DNA from: Poseidonia sp.
Lineage (GTDB): Archaea; Thermoplasmatota; Poseidoniia; Poseidoniales; Poseidoniaceae
Assembly: GCA_016778305.1 (NCBI GenBank)
Contig: JADHPT010000001.1
Location: 64,320 to 128,319 of the forward strand
DNA: 64,000 bases
Direction: 5' to 3'
Position 1 is the first letter of the stretch; each line of letters starts with the position of its first letter. Positions 12,509 through 22,454 of this stretch are shown piece by piece. Made by a program: the position numbers and the translations under genes. The notes under the pieces are model-generated. The model was not told the origin of the DNA, made no database searches, and saw only the letters and a list, made by a program, of their open reading frames with translations.

Positions 12509-13414
12509 ATGGGAGAAATGCTCTACCAGGGAAAAGTCAAGCAAGTTTGGTCGACCGAGGATCCAGAAATTCTGGAATTTAGATTCACTAATCAGATATC
12601 CGTATTTGATCAAATCATTCCTTCACTTATTCCTCGAAAGGGAGAATCGCTCAACAGGACAACTGCTCACTGGTTTAAACTGGTAGAAGAAGCTGGTATT
12701 TGCAAAACTCATCTGGTCGAGGTCAATGCGGCTGATCGCTGTCTGGTTCGTAAGGTCAAGGTCATCAAAGAGCCTGGAGCAATTCCTCGCGATATGGAAT
12801 GGGTCTTCGTTCCTCTTGAAGTCATTGTACGACATTACCTCTCAGGTTCTGCTTGGCGTCGCTTCCAACGTGGAGAACTTTCCGCTGAAGCATTGGGTGT
12901 AGCACCCGACTGTGAATACGGTGTCAAACTCGCTGAACCCTTTGTGGAAGTCACCACTAAATTTGAAAAATTTGATCGCAATATTAGTCGAGAAGAAGGA
13001 CTTGAAATCTCCAATATTACCGAAGAAGAATACGATGCTATTGTAGCCGCTGCGCTTGGTGTTGACCAAATCATCGAACGTGAGGCGGCACGCAATGGTT
13101 TGATCCACGTTGACGGTAAGAAAGAATTCGCTTTAGGCACCAACCGAGAGGTTGTGTTGGTGGATACCTTTGGAACTCTGGACGAAGACCGCTGGTGGGA
13201 TGCAGAAGCATATGCCAATGGTGAATGCATTGAGTTGAGCAAGGAATTTGTCCGCTCCCATTACATTGGAACAGGGCATCAAATTGAATTAAAAGCAGCC
13301 CGTGATGCGGGAACGGACGATCCACCGATTCCAGCCCTTCCTCAGTCAGTCATTGACGAGACGGCAGCATTGTATGCTTCAATGTACGAGCGTTTGACAT
13401 CTCAGACATTTTGA
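12509..13414 (+). CDS. purC: SAICAR synthetase
   Basis: LYQGKVK, ISVFD, PLEVIVRHYLSGS, DGKKEF, DTFGTLDEDRWW, LSKEFVR. Confidence 0.95.
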   Translation: MGEMLYQGKVKQVWSTEDPEILEFRFTNQISVFDQIIPSLIPRKGESLNRTTAHWFKLVEEAGICKTHLVEVNAADRCLVRKVKVIKEPGAIPRDMEWVFVPLEVIVRHYLSGSAWRRFQRGELSAEALGVAPDCEYGVKLAEPFVEVTTKFEKFDRNISREEGLEISNITEEEYDAIVAAALGVDQIIEREAARNGLIHVDGKKEFALGTNREVVLVDTFGTLDEDRWWDAEAYANGECIELSKEFVRSHYIGTGHQIELKAARDAGTDDPPIPALPQSVIDETAALYASMYERLTSQTF

Positions 13415-13415
13415 A

Positions 13416-14144
13416 TTAGGAATGTGAGCGAAGGACAACACCAACTTGTCTACGCTCAGCTGCTTTCAATAAAGCCATGAAATGCTTTGCAACGTCCGCT
13501 ACTCCTCCGTCCAGGGGCTCCTCATATGAGGCAGTCCATGTTCTTGAAGCGAGATTTTTCCTTAATGTCCTGACTTGTTCCCTTGAAAGGTAACCTTGGA
13601 TATTCATCCCACCGAATCCAGATTCAAACATGGTATGTCCGCGGAATTCTTCAGTACATCCACCCGATAGCATTTGCAAATCATCAATGATTGAATCATA
13701 GATGTCCTGGCCGTCGTTATCAGTGATACTTCGATTGGGTCGGATATATTCGAGGAGGTAGCTAAGTGCTGAACCATTCCCATAAGGGAAGCGTCCAAAT
13801 CGTTCACGATTCAATCGGTCTCCCAAGGGCAGGGGCCGTCCATCATCCGTTATTTCGACACAAACCGTAAACAAGAGGGTTGCAGCGTCCCATTGAATTG
13901 TTTCATACGATCGTGGTTCTTTGATTCCCTGAGATTTGATTCGCTGTGCAACATCGTCATGTTGAGCAATGTAATTCTCCCACGTACTGGTATTGCCGTC
14001 CTGTGCTTCTTCTACTGCAGTTACGAGGTGAGATGCCCACTGACCATTAAAAGCGTCTAGGGTGTAAAATGGAGATGTTGATGAAAGGGCTTCCTCGTCC
14101 ATGTGCTGGGCACTGCGGGGTGTGAATAATACCTTCTCATGCAA
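13416..14144 (-). CDS. Hypothetical protein, probably co-transcribed with the upstream giant surface protein
   Basis: 242-aa ORF starting 3 nt after the stop of 14148-19886; no recognisable motif; start uncertain (TTG). Confidence 0.65.
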   Translation of the reverse strand: MHEKVLFTPRSAQHMDEEALSSTSPFYTLDAFNGQWASHLVTAVEEAQDGNTSTWENYIAQHDDVAQRIKSQGIKEPRSYETIQWDAATLLFTVCVEITDDGRPLPLGDRLNRERFGRFPYGNGSALSYLLEYIRPNRSITDNDGQDIYDSIIDDLQMLSGGCTEEFRGHTMFESGFGGMNIQGYLSREQVRTLRKNLASRTWTASYEEPLDGGVADVAKHFMALLKAAERRQVGVVLRSHS

Positions 14145-14147
14145 ACT

Positions 14148-17100
14148 TCATCTGCCAAAGAATTGGTTCATACGATCTTCAATGGAACCCTCACGCTCTT
14201 CGACGTCGTTTTCATCAAGCTCGTCCCGCATAGAGGCAAGACGACCGCTCGCAGATGGATTGGATTCTTCTGGAATGTCGTCATTTTCAATGATCTCAAT
14301 TGTGGATGTGACATCATCAATTGGGGTTAGTTCGCGCTCACTAAATTCTACCGCCGCCTCCTCCTCGCCGACATCAAATTGAATGTCATCAATTTCTTCT
14401 ACGGATACTTCTTTTTGAGGTGGTTTCACTTCTTCCCTACGTGAAGGTGATTCGCTCGCTATGGTCTTTTGACGTGGTCGAATGAGTCCGGCTAGCCAGG
14501 CAATCGCCATGACGATGATGGCACTACCGATGATCCACTCAACATCACTCGATGAAACACTCAGCAAACTTTCCGGCTTGTAGAATGTGGACGCCGTATC
14601 GTCCTCTGGGTCATCATCAAGGTCAAAGGGAACTGAACAGGAAAGTACCGCAGTAATCTTTTCATCCTTCTCAATTTCTCCAGGATTTTCAATCAATATG
14701 ACCGGTGCGAAATCTGAGTAGGCTACATCGACATAGTAGGTGCTGCTCCATCCTCCTTCAGCACTGACTTCCAATTCACAAACGGCTTGAGCAAGAACAC
14801 TGTATCCCGTCCGCTGAATACCCACAGTGATGTCTCCGTTGCTTGTTAATGAGTTGATGCCGATGTTCCAATCGCTCGCTCGGGATACAACTGCTTGTGT
14901 GATTTGGTCCAGTTCACGTCCGAATTGGTCATACATGGTAGCCATAAGAATAAATTCACCAGGTATTGGTGTCCAATCACTGACTGTGATGTTGACAGTA
15001 GCATTCTCTCCTGCAGATACCGTCCATGCGTCATCATCAATGAGAATGCGCTCTCCTTCAGAGGTGATCAATGTCAAAACAGCTCGGAGGTCTTCGTCAT
15101 GTGATGCAACGAGTTCGCATTGCCCAATAGACCCTGACAGGGATGCTCTACCCAATTCAGTAAATGCATTACCAATGAATTCGCATGAAACGGACGCGTC
15201 TGGATAGGTTCTAGCGACGATGTAGAGCGAAAGGTTGCCTGTGGCGGAGGGGCCCACATAGGAGATTCGTACTTCACCCGAATCATCCGGTTGAGTAAAG
15301 GCCACCTGGTCATTGTCACGCTGTAGTTCAAGTGTTGCGGACAATGCGAGATTTTCGCCAGAATCATCGTGAACATTGAACGTGTGCTCGGTACCGATAT
15401 AACTGTCAATGACAGGTGTTGAGGCAAAGGATAACTCTGAATATTCGACTTCAACATTGTGCGGTAGCGTTCCCAGTATTGGGTGATTGACATTGATCGT
15501 AAGTAGGAAGCGTTGCTGGTTCCAATCAGCTGAGGGCGTGAGCGATAATGGCATACCTTTGACTTCACCCGGTGCGAGGACCATCTGCACTCCTTGCTGT
15601 GTGGTCCATCCTTCTGGCAGGCCGTCAACATCAAGCGTAATCAGGGCCACATCGTTCCCTTCATTGACAATCCATGCAGTCGGATAGCCACCGAGATTAT
15701 TGACGCTCCATGTGCCGCGGTGGTCGATATCAAGTTGGGGTGCCACTCCTACTCGAAGCGGTATTTCCTCAACGATCTTCCCGTTGAGGTCGTCTCCTGT
15801 AATACGAATCCGCATCACGCCAACTTCGCCTGCTATTGCATCTTCAGGAGGTTGGACCATGACGGTAAACTGTGTCGTGCCGTAGGGTTCAACCACGTCT
15901 CCGAAGTCAGGCAGCGTGATGTTCCATCCTGCTCCAGCCTTTGCGAAGTAGGGGACTTCATGCCCGTTGCCTTCATGGATTAAATCGAGCGTTAGATTTT
16001 GGCCAGCAGGGTCGATTTCTAAGTCGGTTCCAGTAAGATTCAATTTCCAGCCGTAAATCTCTGCCACGGTTACATTCACAGATGTTTGTCCGATGACATA
16101 GGTACTCGCCACGTGTTGCAGGGTCACCTCGGTGATGGTTCCCGCCCATGTGCCCAGGGGCACCTCGATCGTGAAGCTCAGCGACGTACTTCCGTTGATG
16201 GGGATGACGGATGTATTCACTTCATCAGCCGTCCAAAGAACACTATCATTTCCAAATCCTACAACGTGCAGAAGCGGGACAATGGTGAGGTGATCGGGTG
16301 CATTTCCCATATTGGTCAGGTTGAAATCAAATTGAACGCTTGTGCCGGGTGCTGCTTCGATACTGCTTTGATTGAGCAGAGCAACATCCCATTCATGACT
16401 TGGGGCCGCCTGAACGTATGCAGAGGTGCTTTGAGCAACAGTATCTCCTCCAAGAGATGTCCAGGTGAAGCGTATCGTAAACGGCAACAGTGCTGGTATC
16501 TCTTCGGATAACTCTACATCAACAGATCCAATGCCAGTGGACAGTGCTCCGAGTGTCTTTTGAGGGTCGTAGAAGGTGACGTCGACTTCAGGGGTGGAAG
16601 CGTGATTTGGACTCTCAATGCTTGCAGTGAGTACAAACGTATCCTCTCCATTCCCGGGGTTTTGGAGGAAGAGGAGGAAGCGATGAGGTTCACTCACATT
16701 GAGTGAGAGGGGTTCTCCTTGGGTTGCAGGGAGTGGTTCGATCAACGAGATATTGGACCGATAGATCTGAAGCACTTGTACGGTGAGGTTCAGTTCCATG
16801 TTGGATTCAACTTGGTCTTGGTCGAAGAATGCATGCCGTTTTGGAACGGCATTCTCGGGAATGTAAGCGAGCAGTTGTCCTCCAATAGCACTCTGCGGTA
16901 CGCCTGAACTTTCCAAAAAGGAGCCATTGATGGTCCAATCTCCCGTGGTAGACCATATCCAATGAGGCTGAATCATATCCGCTGCTGCCATATTCCATTG
17001 AATCTGTCCTGATGCTGGTAATTCACCATTGAGTTGCCATACGAGTGTATGATTCGGTAGTGTTCGGTGATGGGTTGGTGTGGCTGCAATTTCTACGGCC

Positions 17101-19886
17101 GTAAAGGAAATACTCAACGATTCACAGAGCGCCTCTTCTCCACTCCCCATGCACATTGTAAGGGTGGTTTCGGTCGAGGTGCCAATGGTTGTGCTGACGG
17201 GTGTGTCGAGATAGGCAAGGAGTTCTTTTTCTTCACCAGGTTGCAGATTTACGCTAAAGAGCTCATTTCCATCTGCATCATGAAGCGAAGGTGAACCACC
17301 CCAAGAAGGGGCTGTCCACGTGATTGAGGTGGTTGTTTCAACAGCATTGCCGAGATTTTCGACCATGAACCACGACTTTGCAACGGTTCCTGGCCTTCCT
17401 TGCCCCATCGATGAATTGAGGCCCGTAGCACCCACCATGTCCAATCCGCGAGTCCGGAAGACTTCGACGGGTACGTACAGTGTGGTATTGACGCTTGCAT
17501 CATCGTTCAACGACAAGAGGAAGGAGACAACACCCGATTCATCACCGAGCGCATCTGAGGGGATGCTGGTGTCAAAGTCAACGGTTTGACTGAGTTCAGG
17601 GGTTAATTCAACGCTCAATGTTGCTCCTGAACTCGGCTGGAAGGTCCAATCCTCCGGGAGGTTTGAATCATCATAGGTAAGCGTCCAGTCTGCAGTTCGG
17701 GAGCCTGTTGCAGTAAGTTGGACGGACAGGGTTTGCGTCGTGCCCGGATTGATTCGAGTCGTTTCTATGGGCCCGTCTAATTCTGCAACGTATGGTTCAA
17801 CGACAAGATAGGATGCAACGGCGTGATTGTTGTCCTCCCGCTGTTCGGTGATGTTTTGATTTACATCAAGGACCAATTCAAATTCATGCATGCCTAATTC
17901 AGCAGTGAATTCTGCGGTAAAAGTCTGTGGTCCGCCTTCTCCCGACGGGGCGACTGGTTCACTTTCTGTGAATCGCTCACGAGTCAATTCAACCCCGTTC
18001 ATAATGATGGCAGCATCGAGGTCATCGCCTGCTTCTCCAGTCCCTATATTGGAAAATTGTGCAGTGACCGTGACCAGAGCCCCTGGGTCTGCTTGTGCTG
18101 GATTAAAGGAAAGTCCTCGGTTATCGCTGGAAGGGGCAAAGTCCGGGCCTCGATTTGATACGAGCGTATCGCCGATGAGTAGGTCGATATTTCCGTCGCC
18201 ATCGACATCAGCGAGTGCCGGTGCAGTCCAGGTGCGGTGAGGCATATTGAGTGGGGTCGCCCATTCGTTGTTGATGTCCGCCGATGCTCCTGAGTCACCG
18301 TCAAATGCCCAGACTCTGCGACCAAAGGCCACGACGATCTCTGCAGTTCCTTCACCGTCAATGTCCATCCAAATCGGTGGTGAAACTGCGATTTCGTCAT
18401 TATCATTTCCACTTCCACGCTGGAGGTCTCTTGTCCATTCATTAACGGTGTTCTCGTCACTGATGTCGGTGCAACCAAGCATACCTTTTCTGTTGAAACT
18501 CACTGAGGATTCCGAATACCAGGTGACCCAACATAGCCTGTCGAAAATGCCATCTTCATCCGTATCTATGGGCAGGGGTTGGGCGTCTGCATAGCCGTTT
18601 TGTGCACGGAAATTGAAGACTTCAGTCGTGGAGGTAATCTCCATCCCAATGAAGCGAGCTCCGTTCCCTGACGTTCTTCCATTGGGGTCCGTTGGAACGG
18701 TGAGAATCATTTCAGGAGCATCATCCGCATCGAGTTGGGTAATGACCGGTCCGGGAAGGCGGAGGCGAGGTGAATCAGAATCGGAGTCAGTCCCTTGTAT
18801 GGAAACACGCTCCCAGTCTAATGAGCCAGAATCTCCATCAATTTTCCAAATCCACATATTGCCCGTATTGCCATCGATTGTTGTTAGCAATACGCTGGTG
18901 GTCGTTCCGTCAAGTTGTGCCCATACAGGGTCACTTGGGTGCGTCCCTCTGTCGAGATTGACGCTCCATTCCGTATCTGATGGCTGCACACTCTCGAGGG
19001 CGTAAGCGTGTACCATTGGAGTTGGGTTGTCATCGGGGTCGTCAACAACTGCAAGAACGAGTTCAGGAGTGCCGTCGAGTTCTAAATCGGCAAGCAGTGG
19101 TTGAGTTACCGCCTTGTGATCTGAATTGGCCGTGGCGAAATGTGGGGAAGGCGATCCGATACGGACGTCAGCGTCGGTGTAGGACCAAAGCAATTCATTG
19201 CTGTGGCCCGAACTGGCCCAATTTGATTCAGTACATGTGAGCCGCGGAGACCAAACATCAATGTTGAGCGCACCTTGTGTGTCATAGACCACGATGATTT
19301 CTTGGAAGCCATCTGCGTCAATGTCGTGAATGATAGGAGTAGAGCGGATCGCTTCGGTAATGCCGAGGCTCACACGCCATGCTATCTTTGCATCGTTGCC
19401 GGAGATGATGTTCAAGAAACTCTCTCTTGAACCGTCTGTAATGGTACTTGACACCATCACTGGAAAGAGGGTTCCCTGTCCACATCGTTCGACAGCGGCC
19501 TGTGATGCACTGATGCTTTGCGAAAAATCGCCAATAACCGACCCGTATGCATCACTGCCATCGCCTGAATTGAACACTTGCCAGTTGATGATGGGGTCTA
19601 CCAGTGATGCTAGGGAGGTTACGTCACTCACATTGCCTTCACCCGGGCCTCCATCTGGATCATGGTTCGGCATAGAAAAATTGTGAGTAGGGGTGCGCCC
19701 GTATTGCGCCCATGGTTGTTCATAAGCATCGTAGGATGAACTTGTCAATTGAACATCTGTCTCTTCTTCCAGCACTTTTGATTGCGGTGAAAACAGGGGC
19801 GTCATTGGTAGGCTCACCATCAAGCAGACCATCAGGAGCGCAGCAACATTGGCGCGCTGAGTTGAACCGCGTTGCTGTGGCATCAT
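14148..19886 (-). CDS. Giant (1912 aa) cell-surface protein: signal peptide, FG-GAP/PQQ-like beta-propeller, CARDB, Ig-like repeats, C-terminal TM
   Basis: Hydrophobic N-terminus; WAQYGRTPTHN; DIDADG.QEII, DLELDGTPELV, DVDGDGNIDLL; LDVNQNITEQREDNN; repeated NxGN; TM (WIIGSAIIVMAIAWLAGLI) and acidic tail. Confidence 0.85.
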   Translation of the reverse strand: MMPQQRGSTQRANVAALLMVCLMVSLPMTPLFSPQSKVLEEETDVQLTSSSYDAYEQPWAQYGRTPTHNFSMPNHDPDGGPGEGNVSDVTSLASLVDPIINWQVFNSGDGSDAYGSVIGDFSQSISASQAAVERCGQGTLFPVMVSSTITDGSRESFLNIISGNDAKIAWRVSLGITEAIRSTPIIHDIDADGFQEIIVVYDTQGALNIDVWSPRLTCTESNWASSGHSNELLWSYTDADVRIGSPSPHFATANSDHKAVTQPLLADLELDGTPELVLAVVDDPDDNPTPMVHAYALESVQPSDTEWSVNLDRGTHPSDPVWAQLDGTTTSVLLTTIDGNTGNMWIWKIDGDSGSLDWERVSIQGTDSDSDSPRLRLPGPVITQLDADDAPEMILTVPTDPNGRTSGNGARFIGMEITSTTEVFNFRAQNGYADAQPLPIDTDEDGIFDRLCWVTWYSESSVSFNRKGMLGCTDISDENTVNEWTRDLQRGSGNDNDEIAVSPPIWMDIDGEGTAEIVVAFGRRVWAFDGDSGASADINNEWATPLNMPHRTWTAPALADVDGDGNIDLLIGDTLVSNRGPDFAPSSDNRGLSFNPAQADPGALVTVTAQFSNIGTGEAGDDLDAAIIMNGVELTRERFTESEPVAPSGEGGPQTFTAEFTAELGMHEFELVLDVNQNITEQREDNNHAVASYLVVEPYVAELDGPIETTRINPGTTQTLSVQLTATGSRTADWTLTYDDSNLPEDWTFQPSSGATLSVELTPELSQTVDFDTSIPSDALGDESGVVSFLLSLNDDASVNTTLYVPVEVFRTRGLDMVGATGLNSSMGQGRPGTVAKSWFMVENLGNAVETTTSITWTAPSWGGSPSLHDADGNELFSVNLQPGEEKELLAYLDTPVSTTIGTSTETTLTMCMGSGEEALCESLSISFTAVEIAATPTHHRTLPNHTLVWQLNGELPASGQIQWNMAAADMIQPHWIWSTTGDWTINGSFLESSGVPQSAIGGQLLAYIPENAVPKRHAFFDQDQVESNMELNLTVQVLQIYRSNISLIEPLPATQGEPLSLNVSEPHRFLLFLQNPGNGEDTFVLTASIESPNHASTPEVDVTFYDPQKTLGALSTGIGSVDVELSEEIPALLPFTIRFTWTSLGGDTVAQSTSAYVQAAPSHEWDVALLNQSSIEAAPGTSVQFDFNLTNMGNAPDHLTIVPLLHVVGFGNDSVLWTADEVNTSVIPINGSTSLSFTIEVPLGTWAGTITEVTLQHVASTYVIGQTSVNVTVAEIYGWKLNLTGTDLEIDPAGQNLTLDLIHEGNGHEVPYFAKAGAGWNITLPDFGDVVEPYGTTQFTVMVQPPEDAIAGEVGVMRIRITGDDLNGKIVEEIPLRVGVAPQLDIDHRGTWSVNNLGGYPTAWIVNEGNDVALITLDVDGLPEGWTTQQGVQMVLAPGEVKGMPLSLTPSADWNQQRFLLTINVNHPILGTLPHNVEVEYSELSFASTPVIDSYIGTEHTFNVHDDSGENLALSATLELQRDNDQVAFTQPDDSGEVRISYVGPSATGNLSLYIVARTYPDASVSCEFIGNAFTELGRASLSGSIGQCELVASHDEDLRAVLTLITSEGERILIDDDAWTVSAGENATVNITVSDWTPIPGEFILMATMYDQFGRELDQITQAVVSRASDWNIGINSLTSNGDITVGIQRTGYSVLAQAVCELEVSAEGGWSSTYYVDVAYSDFAPVILIENPGEIEKDEKITAVLSCSVPFDLDDDPEDDTASTFYKPESLLSVSSSDVEWIIGSAIIVMAIAWLAGLIRPRQKTIASESPSRREEVKPPQKEVSVEEIDDIQFDVGEEEAAVEFSERELTPIDDVTSTIEIIENDDIPEESNPSASGRLASMRDELDENDVEEREGSIEDRMNQFFGR

Positions 19887-20081
19887 ACATGACCGTCTCC
19901 GGAGGGTTGTTATGGCTTATGGCGTTCTTCTCTTCTAAAACCCCTTTTCCTAGATGCTTCAGATGATGCGGAGCGGCTTTTGGTCTATCGGACAGGCAGG
20001 AATATTCCGCTTCAATTAAATAGGGGTCGTCGGTGGAGTCACATGACTTCGGTCGCTTTCTCTCCTGAGGTGAATCCGGTG

Positions 20082-20144
20082 ATGGACGGAACAGTCGCTT
20101 TGACTCCCGTTTTTCACCTCGCCTTTGGAGGGATTTTGAGGTGA
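20082..20144 (+). CDS. Putative 20-aa leader peptide (uORF) MDGTVALTPVFHLAFGGILR
   Basis: It has its own GAGGTGA SD (20067-20073) 8 nt before the ATG. Its stop TGA is part of the rpoE1 SD. Confidence 0.45.
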   Translation: MDGTVALTPVFHLAFGGILR

Positions 20145-20148
20145 AAAA
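20110..20148 (+). promoter_or_regulatory. Anti-SD hairpin sequestering the rpoE1 ribosome-binding site
   Basis: Perfect 11-bp inverted repeat TTTTTCACCTC (20110-20120) / GAGGTGAAAAA (20138-20148), ending just before the ATG at 20149. Confidence 0.65.
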
Positions 20149-20706
20149 ATGTACAAGGTTGTTACCAAGGAAGATACGATTCGTATCCCTGCAGAATACA
20201 TGCGAAAAGGGCAGTCTCTTGACCAGCACATCGACCGCTTGTCCATGGATGCCTTTGAAGGTAAATTCGATGATGAGAACCGTTTTGTTCTCGTAACCAA
20301 CAACCACAAGACAATTGGCCGTGGCCGTATCATTCACGGCGACGGTGCTATCTACCAACGTGTTCAATTTGACGCAGTTCTTTTCTGCATGGACGACCAA
20401 GAGGTTGTTGAAGGAGCAGTTTCGGAAGTCAATGAGTTCGGAGCCTTCGTTCGAATTGGCCCAATGGAAGCATTGCTTCACAAATCCCAGATCATGGATG
20501 AGCCTGTCGACATCAACATCGGAGCGAACAAGATTACCGGCCGTCATACAGCTGGAAAGGAACTTGGTGTTGGTTCCTTCGTCCGGGCCCGTATTGTGTC
20601 CCTCTCACCAGATACTTCCGACCCACGCCGCTCCAAGATTGGTTTGACCAGCAAGCAAGACGGTCTGGGTTCACCAAATTGGGAACAGAACAAAGGAAGT
20701 GAGTGA
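20149..20706 (+). CDS. rpoE1: RNA polymerase subunit E' (Rpo7)
   Basis: DTIRIP, IIHGDGA.Y, S1 domain EFGAFVRIGP.EALLH.SQI, KIGLT.KQ.GLG. Confidence 0.97.
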   Translation: MYKVVTKEDTIRIPAEYMRKGQSLDQHIDRLSMDAFEGKFDDENRFVLVTNNHKTIGRGRIIHGDGAIYQRVQFDAVLFCMDDQEVVEGAVSEVNEFGAFVRIGPMEALLHKSQIMDEPVDINIGANKITGRHTAGKELGVGSFVRARIVSLSPDTSDPRRSKIGLTSKQDGLGSPNWEQNKGSE

Positions 20707-20708
20707 AC

Positions 20709-20912
20709 ATGGTGAAAATGCCCTTTGCTTGCGGGGAATGCCACCTCGTGCTCGCCGACGGTATCGATCAATGTCCACGGCATCCTTCTGCTCAAGTCTC
20801 ATCAGACTGGACCGGCTATGTCATTATCATGCAACCTGACCGCTCGGAAATTGCCAAGCGTCTGAAGGTAGAACAACCAGGGCGCTATGCGCTCAAAGTA
20901 AACATTCGTTGA
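20709..20912 (+). CDS. spt4: Transcription elongation factor Spt4 (RpoE'')
   Basis: ACGECH...CP, SSDWTGYVII..P..SEIAKRL....PGRYALKV. Confidence 0.95.
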   Translation: MVKMPFACGECHLVLADGIDQCPRHPSAQVSSDWTGYVIIMQPDRSEIAKRLKVEQPGRYALKVNIR

Positions 20913-20921
20913 GGTGATGAT

Positions 20922-21257
20922 ATGAATATTAATGAGCGAAAAGAAAACAAATTATTGAATCGAGTTGAGATTACGTTTAGCTGGCGCCATACCGGAAAAA
21001 CAACGCCTTCGCGAAAAGAAGTCATGGATATCGTCCGAACTCTTGAACCGGGCTCAAACCCCGATTGGATTGTGGTTAAGGATTGCGTGACACGTTACGG
21101 TCAACCTTTGACAACTGGAACTGCTTTCATCTACGGATCAGCCGAATCAATGGCGGTTGAGCCAAGTTATATTCACAAGCGACATGAATCATTCCGCTCG
21201 GGTACTGCAGATGCAGCACCTGCTGCAGAAGCCACCAAGGAAGGAGGCGATGAGTGA
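20922..21257 (+). CDS. rps24e: 30S ribosomal protein S24e
   Basis: [21 protein letters not shown]; GAGGTGA SD; operon context. Confidence 0.93.
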   Translation: MNINERKENKLLNRVEITFSWRHTGKTTPSRKEVMDIVRTLEPGSNPDWIVVKDCVTRYGQPLTTGTAFIYGSAESMAVEPSYIHKRHESFRSGTADAAPAAEATKEGGDE

Positions 21258-21424
21258 TGGGTGACGGACCAAACGCCAAGGCCAAGTGGTCAAAATACAA
21301 AGTTGAAGATGGCAAACTTGTTCGTGCAGAATCCTGCCCAGAATGTGGGCCAGGGGTGTTCCTCGCACATCACAAAAACCGCATGTCATGCGGACGCTGT
21401 GGCTTTACGAGCATGAATGAGTGA
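21257..21424 (+). CDS. rps27ae: 30S ribosomal protein S27ae (55 aa; absent from the ORF track)
   Basis: [55 protein letters not shown]; TGATG overlap with rps24e. Confidence 0.95.
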   Translation: MGDGPNAKAKWSKYKVEDGKLVRAESCPECGPGVFLAHHKNRMSCGRCGFTSMNE

Positions 21425-22381
21425 TCACTCTTCTTCTTGGGCCACAGGGCTCTCGAAGTGGCTGTTCAACCACGTGCCATTGTTGAAGAGAATCATTGCT
21501 CCCCCTTTGACGGGTTGAATGTGAATTGGAATTTCTTCCCATGCGTGTTGCTCGGTTTTCCGATGAGATATGATGACTTCCTCTCTCCAACCAGCTAATC
21601 TCCAACCGTGGATAAAGGGGTCCCAAATGGCTCCCTGAACGGGTCCGTTCAATTGAATACGCTGAACGATCGTAGTGTCATCCAGCCAGCAAAGTTCTCC
21701 TTGAGTTGAGCAGATGAGGTGTTGGTTCTCGTGCCTGAAATGATGTTCAAGAGGTCCTTCTGGGCCGTTGAGAATATATTCCTCAAGTAACTCACCGTTG
21801 GAAAGAGAGCGCCGTTGTGCTCTACCGCCCCGTGAGGTGATGGTCAATTCATCACCGTGGATATGGATGGCCAGAATTTCTTCATTTCTAGGGCGGCGTT
21901 TGGTATAATTCCACGTTGGAACCTGTTGGCGCCACAATTCCTTTGCGTCGTGGTCGAGTGCGTAGAGGCCCCGTTTCCACAAATTGAATACGAGGGCAGA
22001 TTCGCTAGCGGCCAAGGCCAATGGTTCGGCGTTGAGGACATGTGACCATCGGTTTCCCTTCGGATGGTATTGGCTCGCAAGTTCGTTAGAGGTTCGTAAT
22101 TCTGCACGCTTCGCACCGTCCTCGGGTGCCTTGTCCAAGTTCATTGAACCCATTCTCGCGAGCATGAGTTCACCATCAATCCACGTCGCAAAGAGAACAT
22201 TTCCAAAATGGACGGCATGGCTTACTCGCATCGGGAATGGCGTAGCGGCTTCACCAATGGCACGATAGTGGTCATCCAAACGAAGGAACTCCCCATCCAT
22301 TCCAATCACGAGGTGTCCATTCTCATGACTGAGGAGGGATCTTGGAAGAAAGGGAATGGTCGCCGGTAGACCTTCGTCCAT
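21425..22381 (-). CDS. Hypothetical protein, possibly beta-propeller
   Basis: 318 aa, beta-rich, with a PQQ-like segment GLYALDHDAKELWR. Confidence 0.6.
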   Translation of the reverse strand: MDEGLPATIPFLPRSLLSHENGHLVIGMDGEFLRLDDHYRAIGEAATPFPMRVSHAVHFGNVLFATWIDGELMLARMGSMNLDKAPEDGAKRAELRTSNELASQYHPKGNRWSHVLNAEPLALAASESALVFNLWKRGLYALDHDAKELWRQQVPTWNYTKRRPRNEEILAIHIHGDELTITSRGGRAQRRSLSNGELLEEYILNGPEGPLEHHFRHENQHLICSTQGELCWLDDTTIVQRIQLNGPVQGAIWDPFIHGWRLAGWREEVIISHRKTEQHAWEEIPIHIQPVKGGAMILFNNGTWLNSHFESPVAQEEE

Positions 22382-22454
22382 GGTCGTTGTAAGGGGTCCT
22401 CTATGTCAAACCTCGTTCGGATGAAATGAAGAACTACGAACCAATGGAGGGGAC

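Noticed and set aside
20035-20107. Possible C/D-box sRNA (GGAGTCA/TGACTCC stem, CTGA, GTGATGG)
   Set aside because: The C box is poor, I found no guide complement in the 23S by eye, and the 5' arm probably lies upstream of the predicted TSS. Not fully excluded.
19720-20547. 275-aa minus-strand ORF
   Set aside because: It is an antisense shadow of rpoE1 and its leader, with no recognisable features.
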